Below are positions 56,215 through 64,000 of a DNA stretch of 64,000 nucleotides, in pieces; the stretch's first letter is position 1; the number at the start of each line of letters is the position of its first letter. The notes beneath the pieces are model-generated. The model saw only the letters and a list, made by a program, of their open reading frames with translations. It did not search any database and was not told the DNA's origin. Made by a program: the position numbers and the translations under genes. The stretch covers positions 496,001 through 560,000 of the IMG/VR virus record IMGVR_UViG_3300046660_000488. One strand, written 5' to 3'.

Positions 56215-56535
56215 ATGAGCTATTGGGGTCCGTTAAAAGTCAGCAACGTTTCGGTCCGCGAGTTGCCGGATGGTCGTGTCCAGTTATTCGTCCGTGACCA
56301 CACGTGGTCGCAGCTTTCTTACTGTGACAGTGGCCGATATGATGCGACGAACTGGAACGCCATGCGTACTGACACAGAAATGGGCCAGTGGTGTTCAAAG
56401 AACTTGACCCTTGCGGTGTATGTCGGTGGAGTATTCGATGTGTGCGGTAATGGAAACACTCTGACGTTCTTCAATATGGAAGACGCTGAAAAGTTTATGG
56501 AGAAATGGACTAAGCACAATCACGACGAATACTAA
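56215..56535 (+). CDS. hypothetical protein
   Basis: Clean ORF, lower GC. Confidence 0.5.
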   Translation: MSYWGPLKVSNVSVRELPDGRVQLFVRDHTWSQLSYCDSGRYDATNWNAMRTDTEMGQWCSKNLTLAVYVGGVFDVCGNGNTLTFFNMEDAEKFMEKWTKHNHDEY

Positions 56536-56566
56536 ACGTCGGTGTTTATTTCGTCGTAAATATTTG

Positions 56567-57325
56567 ATGCGTATCCATATTCTCTCTGATCTCCATTTCG
56601 AAAAACACAAGATGGACCCAGACTACGTCCCGCCTGAGTGCGACGTGGTCGTGCTGGCTGGCGACATTTCGCCGGGCCTGCCGGGCATCGAGTGGGCCAA
56701 GGCCACCTTTAGCGTCCCTGTGATCTACGTCATGGGCAATCACGAGTACTGGCATCAGCGCGGCTTCTACAAGATCGTGGACAAGCTGAAGGCTGCGACC
56801 GCAGGGTCCAACGTCCACCTGCTCCAGAACGAGGCGGTGGTCATTGACGGTGTGCGTTTCATCGGCGCCACCTTGTGGGCGGATTTCAACCTGACCGGCC
56901 TTGGACCCTACAGCAAGGTCGTCTGCCATCGCGCGCTGGCGGACTATGACGCAGCGATCCACCTCGACGACGGAACGTTCCTTGGAACCGACGAGGCCAT
57001 GGACGAGCATTTCATGTCGAGGGATTACATCCACACCCAGTTGCGTGAGCAATTTGACGGCAAGACCGTGGTCGTCACCCACTACGGCTGTTCGCCGAAA
57101 TCGGTTCATCCGCGCTGGGTGTCTAACCTCGCAACGCCGGGTTACGTCTCCGACCTCGACTACATGATGCACGAGTGTGGGCCGGTCCTATGGATTCATG
57201 GCCACGTCCACGACGCCTTCGACTATCAGGTCGCCGAGACGCGCGTGGTCACCAACCCGCGCGGCTATCCGGCCGAGCGCGAGGCTGGGAACGGTTTCAT
57301 CCGTGAGTTGGTGGTGACGATCTAG
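56567..57325 (+). CDS. calcineurin-like metallophosphoesterase
   Basis: SDLH, LAGD, GNHE, VTH, WIHGHVH, NPRGY. Confidence 0.92.
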   Translation: MRIHILSDLHFEKHKMDPDYVPPECDVVVLAGDISPGLPGIEWAKATFSVPVIYVMGNHEYWHQRGFYKIVDKLKAATAGSNVHLLQNEAVVIDGVRFIGATLWADFNLTGLGPYSKVVCHRALADYDAAIHLDDGTFLGTDEAMDEHFMSRDYIHTQLREQFDGKTVVVTHYGCSPKSVHPRWVSNLATPGYVSDLDYMMHECGPVLWIHGHVHDAFDYQVAETRVVTNPRGYPAEREAGNGFIRELVVTI

Positions 57326-57924
57326 CTCGTCAGGCCTTCAAGGGATTCGAGGTCGGCGAGGATAGCGTCGATCTCGGCCCGGTCTCTCGCCAATTCCTCT
57401 GGTGATTTCTGGCGCTTGGGGCGGTCATCCATCCAAGGCGTCGGTGGCATACCATGGACCGGCGGCTTGGGGATCGTGCGTTTCAGATCGAACGAGGTGA
57501 AGACCTTTCGACCGCGCACGACCTTCACCTGCATCTGGTAGCCAAGGCCATCGAATTTGGCGCCCAGCTTCAGGGCCATGCGGTTGTAAAGCTCATCGCG
57601 CCCAGTGTCGTGGAAGCCGACGAAGCCGATCTGTCCGGGGAACTGGTTCTTGATGAAATGAGCCAGACAGTTGATGGCGTAGCCGAACACCTTCGTTGCC
57701 GAAGCGCCCTGCCCGCCGATGTTGTCGTGACGGCCGACCTTGTCGGGGTTTTCGAGATTGGGGACGTCGGCCGTGAAGGCAAACTCGTAGTAATCTCCGC
57801 CGCCACCGTCGCGTTGGAACGTGGCGGTATAGGGCACGCCGTTGACCGCGAAGGTCGCCTTTGTCGGGCTATGCCACTGGACGCCTTGGCTGTCGAAGGC
57901 TTCGGTGATCTCTTTGTAACGCAT
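57322..57924 (-). CDS. late protein, candidate head-packaged internal protein
   Basis: TAAATA (minus) 57930-57935; N-terminal MRYKEITE. Confidence 0.65.
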   Translation of the reverse strand: MRYKEITEAFDSQGVQWHSPTKATFAVNGVPYTATFQRDGGGGDYYEFAFTADVPNLENPDKVGRHDNIGGQGASATKVFGYAINCLAHFIKNQFPGQIGFVGFHDTGRDELYNRMALKLGAKFDGLGYQMQVKVVRGRKVFTSFDLKRTIPKPPVHGMPPTPWMDDRPKRQKSPEELARDRAEIDAILADLESLEGLTS

Positions 57925-57928
57925 GCCC

Positions 57929-58144
57929 TTATTTAGGGTTGGCGTCCGCAATAATCCGGCGCTCGACTTCAGCCTTGGCTCGCGCCAGACCTTCGTCATC
58001 GCGAAAGCCGATGATCCCGCAGCGAGTGCTGTGGGTCACGCCGACCTTGTAGACCTCGTAGGTCCCTTTCTTCTTGCCGTAGGGGACGCGGAGCACCCAG
58101 TAGTCGCCTTTCTCGAAAGCGATGTCTTTTTCTTGGTAGCTCAA
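57929..58144 (-). CDS. hypothetical protein
   Basis: GGAGG SD; coupled. Confidence 0.55.
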   Translation of the reverse strand: MSYQEKDIAFEKGDYWVLRVPYGKKKGTYEVYKVGVTHSTRCGIIGFRDDEGLARAKAEVERRIIADANPK

Positions 58145-58482
58145 GCGGCCCTCCGTGCGGTCAGGATCGTGTGGTTCCGATTGAAATTGGGGTGTAGCGG
58201 CTCACCGACCGGGTAGATGCCGGTGGTGTGCCAGACACCATCGTGCTCGAACACCGGCGCCAAGGCGGTTTCGTCATGGACGAAGTACGAGCGTTTTCGC
58301 TTGGTCGAGCCGTCCGGCATGTCGATCAGGAACGTCGTGGCTTTCTTCCCAGCCGTCGCCGACGTCCCACCCTTGCGGCCGTAGCCTGCGGAGACGCGAC
58401 GAAGGCTAGGCCGAAGCACGTTCAGACGCTCCATGGCGTCTTGCACCTTCGCTCGTGCGATGACGCGCTCGTCTTCGGTCAT
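58141..58482 (-). CDS. hypothetical protein
   Basis: ATGA coupling. Confidence 0.55.
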   Translation of the reverse strand: MTEDERVIARAKVQDAMERLNVLRPSLRRVSAGYGRKGGTSATAGKKATTFLIDMPDGSTKRKRSYFVHDETALAPVFEHDGVWHTTGIYPVGEPLHPNFNRNHTILTARRAA

Positions 58483-58820
58483 CCGAGCACGCTGATGTCC
58501 CAGCGCATCTTCCGGCCCTCGGTGGTGTACGGCGTCTTGAACGGCACACCAAGGCTGGCGCGGGTGACTTGCTGCTCCGGCGGCAGAGCGATGGTCTCCG
58601 AACCGTAGGGCTCGATGGTCCACCCGGCGGCCTTCAGCGCGTTGATCAGTTGATCGCGGACGGCGTTGAGGTCGTCGCCCCACACTTGGATGCCGTGGCG
58701 GTTCACTTCATAGCGCGCGTGCAGCGGGTCGCGCTCGATCTCGATGGTCTCGCCATTCTGATCGCGCAGCATGGTCCACAGGGCGCGGCGAAGCTTGGCT
58801 TTCTGGTTGGAGCTTGCCAT
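58479..58820 (-). CDS. hypothetical protein
   Basis: GGAGG SD. Confidence 0.65.
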   Translation of the reverse strand: MASSNQKAKLRRALWTMLRDQNGETIEIERDPLHARYEVNRHGIQVWGDDLNAVRDQLINALKAAGWTIEPYGSETIALPPEQQVTRASLGVPFKTPYTTEGRKMRWDISVLG

Positions 58821-59275
58821 GATCAGTTGACCTCCATCCAGTTGCGCTCGTCCGAGCCACGACCGGAGAGCAGAATCTTCGAACCATCGGTGAAGATGAT
58901 CTCGACCCAGCTAGAGCCGGTCTCGACGCTTTCGACGGTCTTGCCGACAATTTCTTGGCAGGTTTCGCTGTCTTGGCTGTCCATGTCGGCCTCCGTACTT
59001 CGAAAGAGGTGATCCTTCTATAGTATTGGAAGCACAGTGTCAAGCACAGTTATGCTATGTCTTGGGACGCCGCTGAAGCTGCAAAGCGAGGGCCGCGCTT
59101 TGGTCGTGCCAGTCGTCTTGGGCCTTGCGGCGCTGGCGGTCACCCGATTCCTTGACGATCATGACCAGAAGATCACGAAGCTCTTCATCGGTCAGGACGC
59201 TGATTTGCTCGGCAGTGATCGGCATAGGAACCTCCCTGAAAGTTGAAAGGGGCCAGATCGCTCTGACCCCTTCCG

Positions 59276-59809
59276 TTACCACTTGATCGCGAAGTCCTTC
59301 CGCCGGACCTTGGCCATCCGACCATCGGGGTGGTGGAACACCAGCCCTTCATGGTCGTGAGCCATCAGCCACGCGACGAGCGCATCATGGGTGCGCTCGA
59401 CCTCGACGATCACCGACCCATGCTTCCACAGTTCGTGGTGGGCCAGCTTGTACGGGTTGCTCTGGACCTTCGGGCCAACAAGCTCGTAGGTTCCATCGCT
59501 CAGCCCGTCCTTGAACGCTTCGGCGTGCCAACGGCTCGCCGGATCGTCCATGTCAACCGGAACCCAGTGCGGCCAGTGACCAGTCACCGGGTCAGCAGCG
59601 GGTTCGCAGGGGATCGCCCCGGCCGGAGGGGATTTGCCGTGCTTGGCGTCGAAACGCTTGAACAGCTTCCCGTCACGGATCATGCACGACGTTCCATCGT
59701 GCTTGATAGTGGCGACACCTTCACCGTCCATGACCCACTGAACTTGAACCTCGTCGGTTGCCCTACGGGTAGCCCGGTCAATCACGAACACAGTCTTCAT
59801 CTTTTGCAT
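59276..59809 (-). CDS. RNA-ligase-like covalent nucleotidyltransferase domain protein
   Basis: IKHDGT (KxDG), TYEL, HEGLVF, MAKV; GAGGAG SD. Confidence 0.75.
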   Translation of the reverse strand: MQKMKTVFVIDRATRRATDEVQVQWVMDGEGVATIKHDGTSCMIRDGKLFKRFDAKHGKSPPAGAIPCEPAADPVTGHWPHWVPVDMDDPASRWHAEAFKDGLSDGTYELVGPKVQSNPYKLAHHELWKHGSVIVEVERTHDALVAWLMAHDHEGLVFHHPDGRMAKVRRKDFAIKW

Positions 59810-60056
59810 GGTTCTCGAAAACTCCTCTGTCTGGGGTTTTCGAATCCTACCCGCAGAGGTGCTTCGAGAAGAAGCAAAGCCAATAGAGCACATCACATGC
59901 TTCAAGTCAACAGCACAGATTCACATTCTATACTTTTGCCCTGAACGCCCGTCGATAAGCGACCGGTTACCTCGCGCCACATAATTTTGACGGCGAATTT
60001 TCCGGCTCCTATGGTGGGTTTCTGATTGGTAAACGAGTATCGCCGGAACCCCGACC

Positions 60057-61178
60057 TTGAGCAACATGCTGAACACCATCCTGCACGACGATTTCGTGTG
60101 GACGGCGATCACCGGCGCTCTCTCCGGTCGGAGGGGTGTGTCCAACACGAACTTCCTGAATTTCAACTGCCCGATGTGCCCGCGCCGTGGGAAGACGCCG
60201 GACAAGGATCGGAAGTGCGGTGCCAAAAAGGACGCCCAAGGCATCGGCATCAACTGCTTCCGCTGCGGCTTCCGCACGCGCTATCAGGTCGGCGACATGG
60301 TGTCCGCCAACCTGAAGGGCTTCCTCGGCGCGCTGGGCGTTCCAGAGCGCGAGGTCATGAAGATCGGCCACAAGGCTTTCCAGTATCACAAGATGCTGGC
60401 CAGCAATCCGGCCGCAGCCGCGCACGTGCCGTCGCTCGCAGTTCCGACTTTCCCGACCGTGTCTCTGCCGAGCGGGGCCAAGAGCTTCAGCCAACTGGCC
60501 AACGAGGGCTGCACGGACCCGGATTTCATGGCGGTGGTCGGCTATGCGGCCAGCCGGGGCATGGCCGTGTTCAACGGGGCCGAATATTACTGGACGCCGT
60601 CCAAGCTCGACGACATGAACCGTCGCATGATCCTGCCCTTCATCTACAAGGGCAAGATCGTCGGCTACACCGGACGCCTGATCGACGAGGCCACCAAGAC
60701 CAAGCCGCGCTACACCGGCAACGTCCCCTCGCATTTCCTGTTCAACAACCAGTTCCTTGAGGGGAGCCATCGGGTCTACGCCTTCATCTTCGAAGGCGTG
60801 CTCGACGCTGTCGCCGTGGACGGGGTCTCGACCTTGGGCTCGAAGCTGAGCAACGAGCAGGCCCACTGGTTGACGACGTCGGGCAAGATCAACATCGTGG
60901 TCGCCGACCCGGACGTCGCCGGTCAGCGGATGATCGACCACGCCCTGACCCACAAGTGGCATGTGTCGTTCCCCAAGCTGCGCGAAGGGTCTGGTTTCGA
61001 CAACTGGTGGGAGCGTGACGTCAAGGACGCGGCCGAAGCCACCAAGCGCTATGGCAAGCTCTACGTGACCCGCTCGATCATCGAAACGGCGACCAACAAC
61101 CCGCTCGAAATCCGGATGAAACGCAAGCTCATGTACTTCGAAAAACCCAAGGAGGAAGCTCCCAGAGTCAGCCAGTAA
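60057..61178 (+). CDS. DNA primase (T4 gp61-like)
   Basis: CPMC...NCFRCG Zn finger; VGYTGR; FEGVLDA; DPD TOPRIM; KDAAE. Confidence 0.88.
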   Translation: MSNMLNTILHDDFVWTAITGALSGRRGVSNTNFLNFNCPMCPRRGKTPDKDRKCGAKKDAQGIGINCFRCGFRTRYQVGDMVSANLKGFLGALGVPEREVMKIGHKAFQYHKMLASNPAAAAHVPSLAVPTFPTVSLPSGAKSFSQLANEGCTDPDFMAVVGYAASRGMAVFNGAEYYWTPSKLDDMNRRMILPFIYKGKIVGYTGRLIDEATKTKPRYTGNVPSHFLFNNQFLEGSHRVYAFIFEGVLDAVAVDGVSTLGSKLSNEQAHWLTTSGKINIVVADPDVAGQRMIDHALTHKWHVSFPKLREGSGFDNWWERDVKDAAEATKRYGKLYVTRSIIETATNNPLEIRMKRKLMYFEKPKEEAPRVSQ

Positions 61179-61266
61179 TATATTGAGTTCACAATTTTGG
61201 GCTCGGTATAACTAGGACTCCCTACTGAAAAACTCACCGTCACGGCAAGCAATTTGGCCCCGTGCG

Positions 61267-62880
61267 ATGAAGCTGGAATTTGCCAGCCCGGTATTATTGA
61301 AAGCCATTTCTTTAATGTATACTCAAGCCAAAGCTGCCTCTTCGAACGAAGAGTTCAATTACGATGTGCAACTGCTCCTGCTTCGGACGATGATGTCCGA
61401 TTCGGATGTGTATGCTCGCAGCCAGAACATCATCAACCCTGATTTCTTCGACGACGTGCTGCGACCGGCGGCCCGTTTCATCAAGGAATACACTGACAAG
61501 TACGCCAAGGTCCCGTCGCCGGAGATCGTCTACGCGAACACGAGAACGGACGTCCAACTGTTCCCTCACGCCAAGCAACACAGCGACTGGTATCTCCAGA
61601 CCATCGAGAAATTCTGCCAATACCGGGCGCTTGAACTAGCGGTTCTGAACGGCCTCGAACTGATCCAGAACGGCGAAGGCGCCAAGCTGGAGGCCATGGT
61701 CAAGGAAGCCATGACCATCAGCCTGATGACGGATTTGGGCACGTCCTACTTCCTCGATCCGGCCATGCGTCTTGAGCGCCTGAACGAGAACTCCAATTTC
61801 ATGAAGACGGGGTGGGACATCCTCGACAAGAAACTTGGCGGCGGTCTGGCCGTTCAGGGTCTGCACATCTTCGCCGGTGGCTCGGGTTCTGGCAAGTCGC
61901 TCTTCCTGCAAAACCTCGCCCTGACGTGGGCGTTGGACGGCAAGAACGTCGTCTACATCACTCTCGAACTGTCTGAAGATTTCGCGGCCGTGCGTCTCGA
62001 CTCCATGCTCACCGGGCTGGGAACGAAGGCGGTGCGGACGAACATCAGCGACGCGGCGCTGAAGATCGTCATGACCGGGAAGAAGCAGAAGGCGGGCGAC
62101 CTCCGGATCAAGAAATTCCCCGAGGGCGGCACGAACTGCAACACGATCCGGGCCTTCCTGAAGGAATACGAGATCAAGGAAGGGTTCAAGCCGGACGTAA
62201 TCCTGATCGACTATCTGGACCTGCTCCACCCGAACAACGCCAAGATCAACCCGTCCGACGCCTTCGTGAAGGACAAGTACGTCTCGGAAGAAATGCGCTC
62301 CATCGCGTTCGACTGGAATTGCCCGGTCGTCACGGCGTCGCAGTTGAACCGCCAGTCGGTGGATGCTCCCGAGTACGATCACAGCCACATCGCTGGCGGT
62401 ATCTCGAAGATCAACACCGCCGACAACCTGTTCGGCATCATCACCTCGAAGACCATGAAGGAGCGCGGCGAGTTCCGTCTGCAATTCCTGAAGTGCCGTT
62501 CGGCGCCGTGCGTGGGTCAGACCATCACGCTGGCCTTCGACCAACTGTCCATGCGGATCAGCAACTGGACGCAAGGGCCGATGGATGATGACGACGACTT
62601 CCTGCCTGCCGAGCAAGCGGCTGAGCACGACCGTCGTCTGACGGGTCTGCGCGAAAGCCTGCGGCATGGGTCATCGGTCGGCGAAAGCCCGGTCATCGAA
62701 AGCCGGACGGTCGCGCCCGGCCAGCGGATCAGCGAGGCGGCCCACCCGGCACAGACGCCTCGCGTCCAAATCGAACAGGAAGTTGCATCCCGCATTCCTG
62801 AACCCGCCCTCGCGGCGGCCAACCCCGTCCGTGCGAACATCATGGACCTGATCAACAAGACTAGGAACGGCAACCAATGA
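61267..62880 (+). CDS. replicative DNA helicase (DnaB/gp41-like)
   Basis: GGSGSGKS, YITLELSE, ILIDYLDL, TASQLNR, TAD; start may be ATG 61315. Confidence 0.92.
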   Translation: MKLEFASPVLLKAISLMYTQAKAASSNEEFNYDVQLLLLRTMMSDSDVYARSQNIINPDFFDDVLRPAARFIKEYTDKYAKVPSPEIVYANTRTDVQLFPHAKQHSDWYLQTIEKFCQYRALELAVLNGLELIQNGEGAKLEAMVKEAMTISLMTDLGTSYFLDPAMRLERLNENSNFMKTGWDILDKKLGGGLAVQGLHIFAGGSGSGKSLFLQNLALTWALDGKNVVYITLELSEDFAAVRLDSMLTGLGTKAVRTNISDAALKIVMTGKKQKAGDLRIKKFPEGGTNCNTIRAFLKEYEIKEGFKPDVILIDYLDLLHPNNAKINPSDAFVKDKYVSEEMRSIAFDWNCPVVTASQLNRQSVDAPEYDHSHIAGGISKINTADNLFGIITSKTMKERGEFRLQFLKCRSAPCVGQTITLAFDQLSMRISNWTQGPMDDDDDFLPAEQAAEHDRRLTGLRESLRHGSSVGESPVIESRTVAPGQRISEAAHPAQTPRVQIEQEVASRIPEPALAAANPVRANIMDLINKTRNGNQ

Positions 62881-63158
62881 TTCCGGCCGCTGAACTCTTC
62901 TCCCGCATGCTCATGGATGCGGCGATGTTGCAAGCAGAAGTCATCGAATTCGAGCCTGAAATGGGCGTGGACAACGACACATTGTTCCACGACCTTCAGA
63001 TGGAGAGGGACGGCGTGTTCCTCTCCATGATCCACTACGTCAACACCCACGGTCAAGAGATCGTGGACGCGATCCGCGAAGAACGGTCTTCGCGCTTTGC
63101 CAAGACGCAAAACGTGCAAGATCACCCGTTTTTCAAAGCGATCAACGGCATCACCTGA
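62877..63158 (+). CDS. hypothetical protein
   Basis: ATGA coupling. Confidence 0.6.
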   Translation: MIPAAELFSRMLMDAAMLQAEVIEFEPEMGVDNDTLFHDLQMERDGVFLSMIHYVNTHGQEIVDAIREERSSRFAKTQNVQDHPFFKAINGIT

Positions 63159-63191
63159 AACTCTTGCTGATGTCTGTTGCTAAATAACGTG

Positions 63192-63491
63192 ATGGGCGAT
63201 CAGCAAAACTTTCAGCAGATGAGAGAGTTCATCTACCTGACTGAACAACAGGTCTATGCGGACTACGCAGACTTGTTTGAACAGCAGGTGGGTGAACCTT
63301 TGCTCGAAGAACAACAAGAAGTCTTCGAACATCCTATTCTGCATGACTGCCGCGAACTCGTCTTCAAACTAAGAGCCTTCATGGAAAGTGAGGGCGGTGA
63401 TTACGCGATGGGTGTTGAGACCGGTATGCAGCGGGCTGCTGAAATGGTCGAGAATATCATCCGCCGCTATGAGAAGGGTGACGATGAGTAA
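63192..63491 (+). CDS. late acidic protein
   Basis: TAAATA 63181-63186, 5 nt before ATG. Confidence 0.6.
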   Translation: MGDQQNFQQMREFIYLTEQQVYADYADLFEQQVGEPLLEEQQEVFEHPILHDCRELVFKLRAFMESEGGDYAMGVETGMQRAAEMVENIIRRYEKGDDE

Positions 63492-63744
63492 CCAGAAATT
63501 CCGCAGCATCCTCGACGAACTGGCCGGGTCAACAGCCGCGCCTGCGCGCGACCGCGACCAGTTTATCGAATACCAAGCCCAGCAGGTCATGGCGAGCGTC
63601 AGCCACCTCATGAACCTGATCCGCGAAACGTATGACCCGGAGACTGCCGAAGACCTGCAAAAGCGTCTGGTCAATTCGATCCGGACTGAAGACGAGCGCA
63701 AGTTCCGTCGCAAGATGAAAGAGCTTCGCGAGGCCAAGAAGTGA
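63484..63744 (+). CDS. hypothetical phage protein
   Basis: Coupled ORF. Confidence 0.65.
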   Translation: MSNQKFRSILDELAGSTAAPARDRDQFIEYQAQQVMASVSHLMNLIRETYDPETAEDLQKRLVNSIRTEDERKFRRKMKELREAKK

Positions 63745-64000
63745 AAATCGAGCTAAAAGCCGTCAGCAAGAAATCCAAGCTCATCCACATCGACGGTGAG
63801 CGCGCCGGAATCGTGGACTGGGAATCCCAGTCCATGCCGAACACCTTGAGCGGTCCCGGCCGCAGGGCGTCGTTCTGGTCGGGTTTCGTTCGCTGGGACG
63901 GCCAGAAGCTTGGCCTGAACAAGATCGAGAAGGCGTCGGACATCGTCGCCAAGATCGAGCGCGAGATCGCGCGCCATGAAGCCCAGAAGACGGCTCCGTC

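Overview
64-kb segment of a large, GC-rich, distantly T4-like dsDNA phage. It carries UvsW, a gp61-like primase, a gp41-like helicase, a gp21-like protease paralogue and TAAATA late promoters. The host is probably alphaproteobacterial (inferred from the initiator-tRNA type and a beta-barrel OMP). The centre holds two divergent tRNA operons, 41 tRNAs by manual cloverleaf parsing, sorted by amino acid. The minus-strand operon (11963-15330) has Arg/Leu/Lys/Trp plus a probable Ile2. The plus-strand operon (19552-24336) has Ile/Val/Gln/Met/Pro/Asn/Ala/Phe/Thr. Main discovery: each operon is preceded by the same promoter type, a short leader ORF missed by the ORF track, and a mutually exclusive antiterminator/terminator pair. 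Each leader peptide is built largely from the amino acids whose tRNAs lie downstream: MTRRLATLRLKTLRLLKW... and MFAVATHIPANFVVGAFAVAMPAVVAPMNQIQPTVAAQF.... This looks like ribosome-mediated attenuation that turns on phage tRNA supply when the matching host tRNAs are depleted or cleaved. Other translation-support devices: a PheRS-like gene apparently entered by a -1 frameshift at a Phe codon, an ArfA-like factor with an internal terminator (non-stop mRNA), Thg1-like, RNA-ligase-like and SpoT/Mesh1-like genes, re-engineered tRNA bodies and several tRNA-mimic or structured ncRNAs. All calls come from manual reading; no searches or folding programs were run.
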